A DNA stretch of 64,000 bases from a virus. Taxonomy: Duplodnaviria; Caudoviricetes. Within the stretch, counting starts at the first letter, position 1. Every line of letters begins with the position of its first letter. Where the stretch lies: IMG/VR virus record IMGVR_UViG_2595698399_000001, positions 1-64,000 of that record; one strand, given 5' to 3'. The notes beneath the pieces were generated by a model. The model was given only the letters and a program-made list of their open reading frames with translations, was not told the DNA's origin and did not search any database. Of this stretch, positions 53,072 through 64,000 are shown in pieces. The translations under genes and the position numbers were made by a program.

Positions 53072-55558
53072 ATGAATAATAAAAGTAAAAACCTTAAAAT
53101 GGCAGCTCACAGAACTCAGCCAGACCCTTTCGCATCTTCCGAAGAAAAAGGAAGTGAAGAGTATGGTTTGAAGTTCGGTAAGTTAATAGAACACGAATGG
53201 TTCTTTATTAAATCAGGAGGCACAGATAGCCAGTTTTATGATAAGCAAGCTAAGTTCCACGAGCTTAGAAAGTACGCTAGAGGTGAACACGATACCGGAT
53301 TAACTAAGAAACTTATTTCAGATGGAGTGGATGGAGAGTCTTATACCAACTACGATTGGAGACCTATTCAAATACTTCCTAAATTTATTAAGTTAGTAGT
53401 AAATCAAATGCTAGAGCGTCTATATGAAATAGATGCCCAAGCTATTGACGGAATCTCGCAAGGCTTAAGAGACGAGTATAAAGACATACTTCAAAAGAAC
53501 ATGGTTGCAAAACCTATGTTAGAAGACGCTAAAAATTTACTAGGTATAGACTTATCCCCAGATGGAATGGGAGAAATACCTGACAGTAATGAAGAGCTAG
53601 ACCTTCACATGAATCTTAACTACAAGCCTGCCATTGAGGTGGCTATAGAACAAGCTTTAAAGTATACCTTAGAGTTAAACGAGTACGATGAGACTCAAAA
53701 AATGATGTTGAAAGATTTGACAGAGATCGGTGTGGCCGCTCTACACCACAGGACTGACCCTACAAAAGGAATAGTAGCTGAGTATAGAGACCCTGCGGAT
53801 ATGGTCTGGTCTTACCCAACAAGGAGTAATTTTGAAAATGTATACTACTACGGATCAGCTAGAAGGTTGACACTTAACGAAGTACAAAGATTATCAGGTA
53901 AGAAGTTCTCTCAGGATGAGCTTGAAAAATATGCCAACGTTTCAAAAGAATGGGGTGCATATAATAAAATATCTAACGAGTTCTGGTACAGAGGTGAGGA
54001 TTTAACAAACTACCAAGTAGACGTATTAGACTTCACATTCAAGACGACTAAGTTAACTAAATACAAAAAGAAGTATAAGAAAAATGGAGGGTTTTCAATA
54101 ATAGAAAAACCTTCTGATTATATCAAACCTCAAAGTATTTTAGACAAAGAAGAAAAGCAAGGGTTTAAAGAGTACGACATCCTAGAGAATGTGGATGAAG
54201 TATGGTACGAAGGTTCTTTAGTAATAGGTACAGATTTATTATTCAACTACGGGGAGTGTACTAATATGCTTAGGCCAGAGGGATACATAAACAATAAAGT
54301 TATGTCTAACTATGTTGTATACGCACCGGAATTATACCAAGGACGTATCCAATCTTTAGTTGGGAGGGTGACTCAATACATAGACCAATTACAACAAATT
54401 CAAGTTAAGATACAACAATTCATTGCCAAGGCTAAGCCTAACGGGATATGGATAGATGTTGACGGTCTACAAGAATTAGATATGGGTGAGGGTAACACCT
54501 TCGGGCCTTTGGAATTAATCAGGTACTACGATGAAACGGGTAACCTTTTAGGTACTTCTAAGTTAGCGGATGGCAATTACAATAACGGAGCTATGCCTAT
54601 TAAAGAGCTTAATAACGGTGGTATGGCAGGTTTAGAGCAGTTAATGAACTCTTACAACTTCCATTTGAACTTATTCAGAGAAGCTATTGGTATAGGACAA
54701 GGTGCCGACGGTACTTTACCAGACCCTAGAACTTCTAACGGAGCTTTAGAAGCACAACAAAATAAATCCAACGTTGCGACTAGGTACATCCTAGATGCTC
54801 AACTTAAAATAACACAGTACTTAGCCAATGGACTTTCATTGAGACTAAAGGATATTTTCAAGTATTCTAATCTTAAGAAGGCTTACATAAATTCTATAGG
54901 TAAAGTTAATGTGGATGTATTGAAGTCTATACAAAACCTTCACTTACACGATTTTGGTATTACTATTAAGCTTAAACCAGACGCACAAGATAGAGCCATG
55001 TTAGAGAATAACATACAGGCCGAGATTGCTGCAGGCGGACTTTCTACAGTAGATGGTATTGACATTAGAAGAATAGGGAATATTACCCTAGCTAATGAAA
55101 TGCTTAAAATAAGAAAGAAGAAGAACATAGAGGAAAATCACAAGAGGGAGCTTGAAAAAATCGAAGCTAACGGAGAGGCATCTGCTAGGGGTGCTCAAGC
55201 AGCAGCGGAAGCTAAGCAAAGTGAAATGTCCATGGAGTTCGACTTTAAGAAGCAAATACTATTATTAGAGAGAGAAAGTGCGGAGCTTAGAACTAACGGA
55301 GAGTTAGAAGCTAAGAGGTTACTTATGGCAGACGAATATTTCTACCAAACAGGTATTCAAGCAGAACTTGATAAGAACACTAAAAACTTGGAGAAATATA
55401 AGGAAGACAGAAAGGACGAAAGAACTAAGATACAAGCAACGCAGCAATCTAAGATTAAGTCAGAGCAAAGTAAAGAAGGTGGAGGAGAGGCCATAGATTT
55501 CAGATCTGGTAACACTAGTATCACAGGTGACTTAGGAATGGACGACTTTACAGCATAA
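53072..55558 (+). CDS. portal protein
   Basis: Follows TerL; LRKYARGE, DWRPIQILPKFI, long C-terminal coiled coil (crAss/P22-like). Confidence 0.85.
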   Translation: MNNKSKNLKMAAHRTQPDPFASSEEKGSEEYGLKFGKLIEHEWFFIKSGGTDSQFYDKQAKFHELRKYARGEHDTGLTKKLISDGVDGESYTNYDWRPIQILPKFIKLVVNQMLERLYEIDAQAIDGISQGLRDEYKDILQKNMVAKPMLEDAKNLLGIDLSPDGMGEIPDSNEELDLHMNLNYKPAIEVAIEQALKYTLELNEYDETQKMMLKDLTEIGVAALHHRTDPTKGIVAEYRDPADMVWSYPTRSNFENVYYYGSARRLTLNEVQRLSGKKFSQDELEKYANVSKEWGAYNKISNEFWYRGEDLTNYQVDVLDFTFKTTKLTKYKKKYKKNGGFSIIEKPSDYIKPQSILDKEEKQGFKEYDILENVDEVWYEGSLVIGTDLLFNYGECTNMLRPEGYINNKVMSNYVVYAPELYQGRIQSLVGRVTQYIDQLQQIQVKIQQFIAKAKPNGIWIDVDGLQELDMGEGNTFGPLELIRYYDETGNLLGTSKLADGNYNNGAMPIKELNNGGMAGLEQLMNSYNFHLNLFREAIGIGQGADGTLPDPRTSNGALEAQQNKSNVATRYILDAQLKITQYLANGLSLRLKDIFKYSNLKKAYINSIGKVNVDVLKSIQNLHLHDFGITIKLKPDAQDRAMLENNIQAEIAAGGLSTVDGIDIRRIGNITLANEMLKIRKKKNIEENHKRELEKIEANGEASARGAQAAAEAKQSEMSMEFDFKKQILLLERESAELRTNGELEAKRLLMADEYFYQTGIQAELDKNTKNLEKYKEDRKDERTKIQATQQSKIKSEQSKEGGGEAIDFRSGNTSITGDLGMDDFTA

Positions 55559-55619
55559 AAAAAGCATATATAATAATTACTATCTTTGTAAGGTAGTTTC
55601 AAACTAAATTCAATTCAAT

Positions 55620-56822
55620 ATGGCATTTTTCAAAAAACAAGGGGATAACCTAAGTAGAGCAGCATCTATTATATCAGGCATTTCCAAAACTCCTTCTGGT
55701 GAACCAAAACCACCAGTAGAGCCAACAATAGAACCAACAGTAGAGCCAACAGTAGAGCCAACAATAGAACCTACAGTAGAGCCAACAATAGAACCAACAG
55801 TAGAGCCTACAGTAGAGCCTACAGATAATATACCACCAGTAGAAGAGGGAGTTGCAGACCCAATTCCTCCGGTGGAAGTAAAACCAGAAGTTCCTAAACC
55901 AGTAGAAACTCCTGAGGTTACGCCAGAAGTTACAGAAGAAGCACTATTATCATTATTGAGCGAGAGGCTAGGTAGAAGTATTAGTAGTGTAGACGATCTT
56001 AAACAGAAGGAAGTTGATCCGGAGGTAGAAGCACTTTTAAAGTGGAAAGAAGACACAGGTTTAAGCTTATCAGATTGGTCTGAATACAATAAAGATTTTT
56101 CAAGTATGAAGGACTTGGACGTGGCTAGAGAGATTCTATCCCAAGAGTTTCCAAACTTCACAGACGAAGAAATAGAGTATTCATTAAAAGACTATATTTA
56201 CGATGAGGACTATGACGACGACGGAGATAAGATGCGTAAAAACATAAATCTTAAGAAGTTCGCCAAAGAGGGGCGGGAAAAGTTAGAGTCTAGTAAAGTT
56301 AATTTACCTAAAGGTAATAAACAACCTAGCCTGACAAAAGAGCAACAAGAGGCTATTAATTTTGCTAATCAGTTTAAGGAAACCCAAGCAGCTAGTGCAA
56401 AAGCTACCGAGGATTATAACTTGAACATTTCAAAACAATCTCAATCTCTTGAAGCTATAGAGCTGAATTTGAAAGAGGGGATGACGTTAAAGTACAGCAT
56501 CCCCGAAGAGACTAGAAGAAATTTACCTAAAATGGTCGCAGAAATGCCTCATTGGTATAATGAAGATGGTTCTTACAATCACGCTAATGTAGTTAAAGAT
56601 GTTGCAAAAGTAACAAACTTCGACGCTATGATACAAGCTGCTTATAATCAAGGAGTTGAATCAGGAAAAGAAGGACAGATTAGAGTAGGGGCTAACATCA
56701 CAATAGATGGATCACCTTCTCCGGCAAAGCCGACAACAAAGAAAGGTAATATAGAAAGTGTTGTAAGCAACATAACAGGGGGTAGACAAGGCTCTAAATT
56801 ACGTTTCAAACGAAAAAAGTAA
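55620..56822 (+). CDS. putative capsid scaffolding protein with EPT(V/I) repeats
   Basis: Acidic, located between portal and MCP; AYNQG near the C-terminus. Confidence 0.6.
   Translation: MAFFKKQGDNLSRAASIISGISKTPSGEPKPPVEPTIEPTVEPTVEPTIEPTVEPTIEPTVEPTVEPTDNIPPVEEGVADPIPPVEVKPEVPKPVETPEVTPEVTEEALLSLLSERLGRSISSVDDLKQKEVDPEVEALLKWKEDTGLSLSDWSEYNKDFSSMKDLDVAREILSQEFPNFTDEEIEYSLKDYIYDEDYDDDGDKMRKNINLKKFAKEGREKLESSKVNLPKGNKQPSLTKEQQEAINFANQFKETQAASAKATEDYNLNISKQSQSLEAIELNLKEGMTLKYSIPEETRRNLPKMVAEMPHWYNEDGSYNHANVVKDVAKVTNFDAMIQAAYNQGVESGKEGQIRVGANITIDGSPSPAKPTTKKGNIESVVSNITGGRQGSKLRFKRKK
55719..55823 (+). repeat. 12-bp tandem repeat (GA[GA]CC[AT]ACA[GA]TA), about 9 units
   Basis: Encodes EPTI/EPTV. 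Confidence 0.9.
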
Positions 56823-56851
56823 GAAACACAACCAAATAACAAATAACAAAA

Positions 56852-58192
56852 ATGGCATTAACAACAGTACCAAGCTATCAAATTTCGCCTAGTTCAGTTA
56901 AGGCACCTAGCCAAACTAACTACATCGACGTATTTGATTACACTAATCAATTCGCCCCAGACGCATACGAGGAGTTGGTATCTATCTATGGAGACCAGTC
57001 TCTTACAGGTATGATTTTCAACCTTGGTAGCGAGGAAGCAATTTCTTCGGATCAATACATCTGGACGGAGAAAGGACGTTTACATACATCTTACGAGTCA
57101 GTAGCTCGTACAGGTAACGTCTTCACACAAGCAGGTCACGTATTCAGAGTAGGTGAAGTAGTAGCTTGTTCAGGTAACGGAGCTTTCCAACTTGGACGTA
57201 TTTCAGCCGTAACACCTAATACATTTACAGCATTACCGTACAAAGCGGCAGGATGGTCTGTAGGTGCGACTGGAATCAAAGCGTTTATCTCTCACACAGA
57301 GTTCTTAAAAGGATCTGGCCCTATGGACGGAAGCCTTGAGACTGACTTCACGGTTCTTAACAACAAGACTATTATCTCAAGAGATAACTACTTGGCGAAT
57401 GGATCAGAGGTTACACAAGACTCTTGGATTGAGACAGATAACGGAGGTTTCGTTTGGTATCTACAATCAGAGTTAGACGGCAGACGTAGATTCGAAGACA
57501 GGATCGAGATGGGTCTATTACAAGGTGAGTCTGCGGAAGCAGGTTCAGAGGCCGGAGCAGCCGGTTTCGATGGTTCAGAAGGACTATTCCAATCTGTAAG
57601 AACTAGAGGAAATATGTTCGAAGGATTAGCAACTACAATTGCTGATTTTGATACTATCTTGAAGCGTTTCGATGCACAAGGTAAGATTAGAGAATACATG
57701 TTCTACGTAGATAGAGACCAGTCTTTAGCTATCGATGACTTACTAGGTGAGTTAAACGCAGGTTACTCAGGAGGTATCTCTTACGGTATGTTCGATAACG
57801 ATGAGCAAATGGCTATCAACCTTGGATTCAGAGGATTCAAGAGAGGTTCTTATAACTTCTACAAGTCTGATTGGAAAATCTTAAATGACCCAACACTTTT
57901 AGGAGCAGTTGACCCTGCAAACGGAAAAGTACGTGGTTTACTTGTACCTCACGGGGATACAGAAGTATACGACGGTTCAAGCCCACAAGCAGACAGAGTT
58001 ACTAAACCTTACTTGTCTATCAAGTACAGAGTTAAGGGTTCTGAGAACAGAAGACACAAAACATGGATCACTGGATCTGTTGGAACTAACGCTCCTACGG
58101 ATGGTAACGATCACATGAGAGTTCACCACTTAGCGGACAGAGGTGTTAGTACCATCGGTGCAAACAACTACATGATCTTCGAAGGGGAGTAA
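56852..58192 (+). CDS. major capsid protein
   Basis: Position, highly biased codon usage, SDQYIWTEKGRLH, NLGFRGFKRGSYNFYKSDWKILND, GANNY; followed by a terminator. Confidence 0.88.
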   Translation: MALTTVPSYQISPSSVKAPSQTNYIDVFDYTNQFAPDAYEELVSIYGDQSLTGMIFNLGSEEAISSDQYIWTEKGRLHTSYESVARTGNVFTQAGHVFRVGEVVACSGNGAFQLGRISAVTPNTFTALPYKAAGWSVGATGIKAFISHTEFLKGSGPMDGSLETDFTVLNNKTIISRDNYLANGSEVTQDSWIETDNGGFVWYLQSELDGRRRFEDRIEMGLLQGESAEAGSEAGAAGFDGSEGLFQSVRTRGNMFEGLATTIADFDTILKRFDAQGKIREYMFYVDRDQSLAIDDLLGELNAGYSGGISYGMFDNDEQMAINLGFRGFKRGSYNFYKSDWKILNDPTLLGAVDPANGKVRGLLVPHGDTEVYDGSSPQADRVTKPYLSIKYRVKGSENRRHKTWITGSVGTNAPTDGNDHMRVHHLADRGVSTIGANNYMIFEGE

Positions 58193-58200
58193 TAAAACTA

Positions 58201-58225
58201 AGGGGGTCTAATCGCCCCCTTTTTT
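58201..58225 (+). terminator. intrinsic terminator after MCP
   Basis: AGGGGG-TCTAATCG-CCCCCT-TTTTT. Confidence 0.8.
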
Positions 58226-58261
58226 AATTTCAATAATTTAACTTTAATTCAACAGAACAAA

Positions 58262-59062
58262 ATGGCAGCACCAAAAAAAGCAGCTACAAAAGCAGCAACA
58301 TCAAAAACAGTATTACAAGAAAAAGAATACAGACTACTAGATTTCCAACCACTTACTTACACTATTAAGACAGGTAGAGATAACAACTTACTTGTGTGGG
58401 ATGAGGAATCACAATCTACAAGAGCTATCAAGCATTGCCCTAACGAAAAATCAATCTTCGTAGACGAGCAATCTGACAAGGCGGTAGTTAGAGCAATTGT
58501 GTTCCTTAATGGACTCTTAAGCACAAAAGCATCAGAAAAAACAACACAAGACTTTTTAGAAAATCACCCAAAAAGAGGTATCTTATTTGAACTAATCGAC
58601 GCAGCAGCAGACGCACAAGTGTTCTCTGACATCGAGGAAATTAAATTAGACGTTAAGCAAGCTATTAGATTAAAAGCTAAAGAAGAAACTGGAATGACTG
58701 AACTACGTTTAATCGTATCGGTATTGAACAATGACTCTTTAAGCGCATCTAAAATGGAGCCTGCAGAAGTTAAGAACGAGCTTTACAGCTTGGTTGAAAC
58801 TAACTTAAATAGGTTCGTAGACATGGAGACTGGCGAGGTTACTGTGTTTGACGACGTAGATATACAAAGAATGGCCCTTGCCCAACACTCATTTGACTCA
58901 GGAGTAATCCAAGTAAGTGCAGACGGAAACAAGGTAATGTGGTCAGATAACAAGAAAACAATTTGCATGATTCCTTCGGGTCAAAACCACTTAGATTTCT
59001 TCGCTAAGTACTTAGGTACAGAAGAAGGTATCCAAGTAGCAAAGGAAATTTCTAAACGATAA
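58262..59062 (+). CDS. conserved virion-module protein
   Basis: Follows MCP; CPNEKSIFVDEQ, FLENHP, LGTEEG. Confidence 0.6.
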   Translation: MAAPKKAATKAATSKTVLQEKEYRLLDFQPLTYTIKTGRDNNLLVWDEESQSTRAIKHCPNEKSIFVDEQSDKAVVRAIVFLNGLLSTKASEKTTQDFLENHPKRGILFELIDAAADAQVFSDIEEIKLDVKQAIRLKAKEETGMTELRLIVSVLNNDSLSASKMEPAEVKNELYSLVETNLNRFVDMETGEVTVFDDVDIQRMALAQHSFDSGVIQVSADGNKVMWSDNKKTICMIPSGQNHLDFFAKYLGTEEGIQVAKEISKR

Positions 59063-59087
59063 AAACAATCACTTACTATTTTAAGAC

Positions 59088-59113
59088 GAGCCCCTTTGGG
59101 GCTTTTCTTTTTT
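59088..59113 (+). terminator. intrinsic terminator
   Basis: GAGCCCC-TTT-GGGGCTT-TTCTTTTT. Confidence 0.7.
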
Positions 59114-59145
59114 CCGTATATTTGTAATACATAAAAATAGATAAG

Positions 59146-59844
59146 ATGATAAACAAAGTATTCGATCTTTTAAAGACGATCGTAAATAAAGAGGTCAGAG
59201 GGAACGTACCTTCTCCTGACGAACTTAACTTAATAGCCAAGCAAGTACAATCAGAAATATTCAGAGCCTATTTTGAGGACGAGAATAGAGATAAGATTAA
59301 ACAGAACAGGGGGGCCACTAGTAGCGGATACTCTAACTTGGCATTCAACCAAAGACAGAAGATAGACCAATTCTCAGATAAAGCTGCCTTAGTTGTATCA
59401 ACTGGATCAGACTTCCTTTTACCAGACGACTTATACCAAATAAAGGATAATGGTCTAGACTACAACGGTAAAGTAATTTCTGAGATGGAGGGGCAGAGGT
59501 TTTCTTTCGCTAACACGTCTCTAATGAAGCCTAGCGAAACATTCCCAACATACGAGAGATACGGTAATAAAATATCAGTATCGCCAAACACAATAACATC
59601 CGGGGTTACTTGCAGGTATACAAGGATTCCTAAAGACCCTAAATGGACTTACTCAATAGCCTTTGACAGAGAGTTCTTCAACCCTTCTGCGGACGACTTC
59701 CAAGATTTTGAGCTACACGAGTCAGAGTTTTCTAACATAGTAGTTAGAATGCTATCTTACTTAGGTATTCACATAAGAGAAGTAGAAGTTACTCAATATG
59801 CTGAGAAACTTAAAGAGAAAACAGAAATAAGAGACGAACAATAA
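59146..59844 (+). CDS. tail ring/tubular protein (P22 gp4/crAss ring-like)
   Basis: NKEVRG...PDELNL.A.QVQ.EIF, Y.R.PKDPKW, DFELHESE. Confidence 0.65.
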   Translation: MINKVFDLLKTIVNKEVRGNVPSPDELNLIAKQVQSEIFRAYFEDENRDKIKQNRGATSSGYSNLAFNQRQKIDQFSDKAALVVSTGSDFLLPDDLYQIKDNGLDYNGKVISEMEGQRFSFANTSLMKPSETFPTYERYGNKISVSPNTITSGVTCRYTRIPKDPKWTYSIAFDREFFNPSADDFQDFELHESEFSNIVVRMLSYLGIHIREVEVTQYAEKLKEKTEIRDEQ

Positions 59845-59855
59845 AATAGAGTACA

Positions 59856-60707
59856 ATGGCATTACATAATTTTACAAATTTAGATGAATACTACAGCGAC
59901 TCTAGCCAGTTCGGTGAGTATCAATATACGACACTAGAAGAGATAATAAGTAACTACATGTTCGGAATGTCCGACGATGATTACACTATAAACTCAGATA
60001 GAAACAGAGTAGCACTATTCGGTAAGAAAGGGGTTAGGGAATTATACTTTGACGTAGTTAACGAGGTTATATCTATAGAACTAGATTTAAGTCCGACATT
60101 AACAATACCACTTCCACATGACTACATAGCATTTACTAGGATTTCATGGGTAGACGACACAGGTAAATTGCACCCTCTTGCAGTAGACAAGAGTAATAAC
60201 TTATCTCAAGCGTTCTTACAAGCAAACGACTACGAATTTTTATACGACGTAAACGGAGATATTTTAAAAGGTAGTCACATACAAAACTTACCGGAGAACA
60301 GTAAGAGAGTAGACTCGCAGTCTCCTAGCGGAAGCTCTCCAACTTTCAACTTGGATAGGTCTAAGATGTATAATAACGGTAGCTATAGGATAGACAAAAC
60401 TAAAGGGGAGATACAATTTTCATCGGCAGTAGACGGGAGAACGATAGTTTTAGACTACATAAGCGACGGACTGTTCCAAAGGGATGATAGTGATATAAAA
60501 ATACATAAGTTCGCTGAGGACGCCTTAGACTCATTTATTTACTACAATTTAGTAAAAAGAAATAGGAGCGTACCGGCCAATGAGAAATACAGAGCCGAAA
60601 AAGAGTGGTGGAATCTTAGAAGGATCGCCAAAAGAAGAATAAACCCTGTTAATTACGACAACATTAAGCAAGTTCTTAAAGGTGGGTCAAGATGGATTAA
60701 AGATTAA
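59856..60707 (+). CDS. tail ring/tubular protein
   Basis: GEYQY..LEEII, LPHDY, LDYISDGL, IHKFAEDA, WIKD end. Confidence 0.65.
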   Translation: MALHNFTNLDEYYSDSSQFGEYQYTTLEEIISNYMFGMSDDDYTINSDRNRVALFGKKGVRELYFDVVNEVISIELDLSPTLTIPLPHDYIAFTRISWVDDTGKLHPLAVDKSNNLSQAFLQANDYEFLYDVNGDILKGSHIQNLPENSKRVDSQSPSGSSPTFNLDRSKMYNNGSYRIDKTKGEIQFSSAVDGRTIVLDYISDGLFQRDDSDIKIHKFAEDALDSFIYYNLVKRNRSVPANEKYRAEKEWWNLRRIAKRRINPVNYDNIKQVLKGGSRWIKD

Positions 60708-60712
60708 AAACA

Positions 60713-63700
60713 ATGATAGAAATTAAAAACTTATTTACATCTGGAAAAATGAACAAGGGTGCTGACTCTAGACTTATGCCTGACGGAGAGTATAGAGATG
60801 CCTTGAATATAAAGCTAAGCACTTCACAAGGTTCAGATATAGGGGCTATAGAGAACTGCCTATCTACAAAGCAATTAACAACGCTTCCTCTTGGAAGTAC
60901 AGTTAATACTTTGGGGGCCTTCTTTGATAGCTCGGCAGATATGATTTACTGGTTTGTTAATTCAAATACAGGGGATTATGTAATAGAGTACGACACTATT
61001 TCAGATTCGTCTACTATAATCTTGACAGACACTACAGCAAACGTATTAAACTTTAACCCTGACTACCTTATTACTGGTGTCGGGGTTATCGTGGATACAG
61101 ACAGTAATAAAAGAATACTTGTTTGGACTGACGGAATTAATCCTGTAAGGTCTATAAATATAAACACAGCAAAAGGGTATTCTGCGAATGGTTTCAACGA
61201 CTCTCAAATATCTCTAGCAAAAGCTCCTCCATTGTATCCACCGACTATGGTATTAGGTACAACGGACACAGAGCAAGAAAATAACTTACTTAATAGATTC
61301 CTTAGGTTTTCTTACAGATACAAGTATGCCGATGGTGAGGTAAGCGCATTCTCTCCATTTACTGAGACTGCATTCTCTCCAAAAAACTTTAACTACGATT
61401 ACTCTATATCTTCTAACGAGTCTATGGAGAATCAATACAATACAGTAGACATCTCTTTCAACACAGGGGTGAGTGAAGTTGTAGGTATCGATATACTTAT
61501 GAAGGAGTCTAGTAGCAGTAATGTATCATTGGTACAAAGCTTTAATAAAGAAGAAGAAAACTGGGGGAATGGAGAAACAAAGACATTCACATTTTCAAAT
61601 AATAAAATATCTACGGTTTTACCGTCAGACCAACTTAGTAGACTTTACGACGCAGTACCACTTTCAGCCAAGGCTTTAGAGCTTATCGGTAATAGAATTG
61701 TATTAGGTAACTACGTAGAGGGCTACAACATAGAGGATGCATCTGGTAACAGAATCAAGATAGATTTTTCAGTAGAGGTGTTATCTACATCTGTACCTAG
61801 CGGACAACCTAGAGCCACTTTAAAAAGTAATAGGGGTTACGAAGTTGGTATAGTTTACTTAGATGATTACGGAAGGATGACGACCGTTCTTACTAGCCCT
61901 ACAAACACTACTCACATTAGTAATGGTAATTGCGTAGACCAAAATAAGCTAAGGGTTACTATTGAGAATGAGGCACCTAGTTGGGCAACTAAATACAGAT
62001 TCTTCTTAAAGCAAACTAGAACTGACTATGAAACAATCGTACCATCTATCTTTTACCAAGATGGCGTATACGTGTGGATTAAAATTGAAGCCGACGAACA
62101 AAATAAATTTGATGTTGGTGATTTTATCTATGTTAAGTCAGACTCTACGCAAGTTTTAGATAAGGCGGTTCAGACTAGAGTATTAGAGCTAGTTAACCAA
62201 GAGGAGAATTTCTTAGAGGATCCTGAGGACGATTCTATAACTACGGTAAACCAGATTAGAGGTACTTACTTTAAAATTAAGCCAGTAGACTTTAGAATCA
62301 GAGAAGAGGATTTCCAAATCTACGAGAATGTTACATACGGTTTTAGGTCTACAAATAGTTCAAATAACTTCAATAACGACAGTCTTTACTATGTAGAGGA
62401 GCCAGTTTATTACGGTACTACTGGTATAGACGATTTATCTTCTGCCGGAACATACACAGGGAGTACAGATATAAGATACATAGTAGATATAAACGCAGTA
62501 GGGGCTACAGATTCATTTAGATGGAGTAGTGACGGAGGACTTACCTATAGCGCTGACATTGCCATAACTGGCGGTAATCAGGTCATGGAAAAAGGAATAA
62601 CTGTAAAATTCGATAACGTTTCAGGTCACTCTTTAGATGATAACTGGATTTTATCTGCAAAGTCAGGGCAAGTTACTATGAACGTTAGAAGTAGTGAAGC
62701 CTCTGGATCGGCAGGTACAACCAAGAGATCTGCTATTATGCATTACGCAGGTAAGCAAAAAACAGCCGTTGGAGGGGAGACTATTAAAGGTGGGGCCAAT
62801 ATCACAATAGTGTACGACGATACAGCTAGTGACGGGGCCAATGACGATAACAGTATTAAATACACACAGTCGTTCAACGCCACTAGAGACTACGCAAACT
62901 TAGAAGAGTGGTTCTACGGTGATAATATTATAGACACTTTACAATACCCAACTTCTGACCAAGCGGATAGAGTTATCTTTAGAAGAGGAGAAGAGGATTC
63001 GGGTAATTCCGAGGGGTCTCAAGTAGTTTCTATATCTGCCACGGGGTCTAGGATGAATATGTGCTTTATGTCTAAGAAAGGATTTAGCGGTGGGGAAAGA
63101 GTTAGAGTTAACAAATTCTCAGAGCCGTCTTTGACTATACTAGAGCTTAACAACAATATAATTTTCGAGACTATACCAGTTAACGACGATTCTCAATTGT
63201 TCTTTGAGGTAGGTAGGACTTATGAAATTTCTAACGGACTGCATAGAAGTACTCACGCAGGGGATGTTAACCAAACATCAAACGCACCGGCCGAGTTGAC
63301 TCTACCAGTATACAACGCATTCGCTTGGGGTAACGCATTCGAGAGCTATAAGATAAAGGATTTATTCAATGAAAAGTCCATGAAGATAGATAGCAGGCCT
63401 TCGGGAGTTATCCAAGACTATAGACAAAATAATAGGATTGCAGACCTTACATATAGTAAGCCATTTGAAAAGTCTACTAATTACAACGGAATAAACGAGT
63501 TTAACTTGTCTACAGCCAACTTCATGCAAATGGATGACAGATACGGAAGTATTCAAAAGTTATTCTCTGCGGAAACAAACTTAGAGGTATACCAAGAGGA
63601 CAAGATACATAACGTACTTTACTCTAAAGATGTCTTATTAGATGCCGATGGAGAGGGTAATATTAAGGAAAGTACTAATGTCTTGGGTGGCACTCCTGTA

Positions 63701-64000
63701 CCATGGTCGGGAGAATATGGTATTTCAAAAAATCCTGAGAGTCATGCGTCATACGGAAACTCTAGATTCTTTACGGATGCTAGGAGAGGTGTTTTACTTA
63801 GAAGAGGTCTAGAAGGAATCACGGAAATAACTTCTGGTATGGAAGATTTCTTAAGCGATAGTTTTAGACTTAGGCCGGACAACAAGAGGTTCGGGGCGTT
63901 TGACCTTAGAGACAAGGAGTATGTAATGCACGAGAAAGGTGTGTTTACAACAGCCTACAGTAATTTAGTTACGGGATATCCTTCATTCTATTCTTTTAGT
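60713..64000 (+). CDS. tail stabilisation/nozzle (muzzle) protein, runs off the window end
   Basis: Absent from the ORF track because it is open at the edge; starts MIEIKNLFTSGKMNKGADSRLMPDGEYRDALNI; RFSYRYKY..GE.SAFSPF, GNRIVLGNY.EGY, GISKNPES. Confidence 0.8.
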   Translation, partial: MIEIKNLFTSGKMNKGADSRLMPDGEYRDALNIKLSTSQGSDIGAIENCLSTKQLTTLPLGSTVNTLGAFFDSSADMIYWFVNSNTGDYVIEYDTISDSSTIILTDTTANVLNFNPDYLITGVGVIVDTDSNKRILVWTDGINPVRSININTAKGYSANGFNDSQISLAKAPPLYPPTMVLGTTDTEQENNLLNRFLRFSYRYKYADGEVSAFSPFTETAFSPKNFNYDYSISSNESMENQYNTVDISFNTGVSEVVGIDILMKESSSSNVSLVQSFNKEEENWGNGETKTFTFSNNKISTVLPSDQLSRLYDAVPLSAKALELIGNRIVLGNYVEGYNIEDASGNRIKIDFSVEVLSTSVPSGQPRATLKSNRGYEVGIVYLDDYGRMTTVLTSPTNTTHISNGNCVDQNKLRVTIENEAPSWATKYRFFLKQTRTDYETIVPSIFYQDGVYVWIKIEADEQNKFDVGDFIYVKSDSTQVLDKAVQTRVLELVNQEENFLEDPEDDSITTVNQIRGTYFKIKPVDFRIREEDFQIYENVTYGFRSTNSSNNFNNDSLYYVEEPVYYGTTGIDDLSSAGTYTGSTDIRYIVDINAVGATDSFRWSSDGGLTYSADIAITGGNQVMEKGITVKFDNVSGHSLDDNWILSAKSGQVTMNVRSSEASGSAGTTKRSAIMHYAGKQKTAVGGETIKGGANITIVYDDTASDGANDDNSIKYTQSFNATRDYANLEEWFYGDNIIDTLQYPTSDQADRVIFRRGEEDSGNSEGSQVVSISATGSRMNMCFMSKKGFSGGERVRVNKFSEPSLTILELNNNIIFETIPVNDDSQLFFEVGRTYEISNGLHRSTHAGDVNQTSNAPAELTLPVYNAFAWGNAFESYKIKDLFNEKSMKIDSRPSGVIQDYRQNNRIADLTYSKPFEKSTNYNGINEFNLSTANFMQMDDRYGSIQKLFSAETNLEVYQEDKIHNVLYSKDVLLDADGEGNIKESTNVLGGTPVPWSGEYGISKNPESHASYGNSRFFTDARRGVLLRRGLEGITEITSGMEDFLSDSFRLRPDNKRFGAFDLRDKEYVMHEKGVFTTAYSNLVTGYPSFYSFS

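Noticed and set aside
41039-63556. Minus-strand ORFs within the late region (e.g. 55610..56161, 51898..52350)
   Set aside because: They are antisense shadows; 55610..56161 merely mirrors the EPT(V/I) repeat.
6311-64000. Stop-codon recoding, introns or inteins as seen in some crAss-like phages
   Set aside because: PolA, TerL, portal and MCP are uninterrupted in the standard code, TAG is used as a real stop (e.g. 41961, 44783, 53067), and no suppressor tRNA was found.

Overview
The window is the central part of a large lytic phage genome. It looks like a crAss-related podovirus of a Flavobacteriia/Bacteroidota host: it has TAnnTTTG promoters, A-rich translation starts without SD sequences, and a crAss-like terminase-portal-scaffold-MCP-tail gene order. 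Bases 1-32.9 kb form a leftward early/replication arm carrying PolA, primase-helicase, nucleases, GroEL/GroES, RtcB, a phosphoesterase, a peptidase, a PRTase, tmRNA, two identical tRNA-Glu genes and three tRNA-like elements. A ~1.7 kb non-coding region marks the strand switch. From 35.2 to 38.8 kb there are 24 tRNA genes in three arrays, followed by a serine recombinase and lysis, tail-fibre and virion genes. Main finding: each tRNA array has a shared ~35-bp promoter, a 25-29 codon leader ORF, an antiterminator and an intrinsic terminator. The codon run in each leader specifies exactly the amino acids of the tRNAs downstream (M/K/T/I/A/D/R/G/V; Y/N/F/S/W/C; L/H/Q/E/P/R). This looks like ribosome-mediated transcription attenuation used by a phage to sense depletion of host tRNAs and switch on the matching replacement tRNAs. 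All calls are from reading the sequence by eye; no database search or folding program was run.
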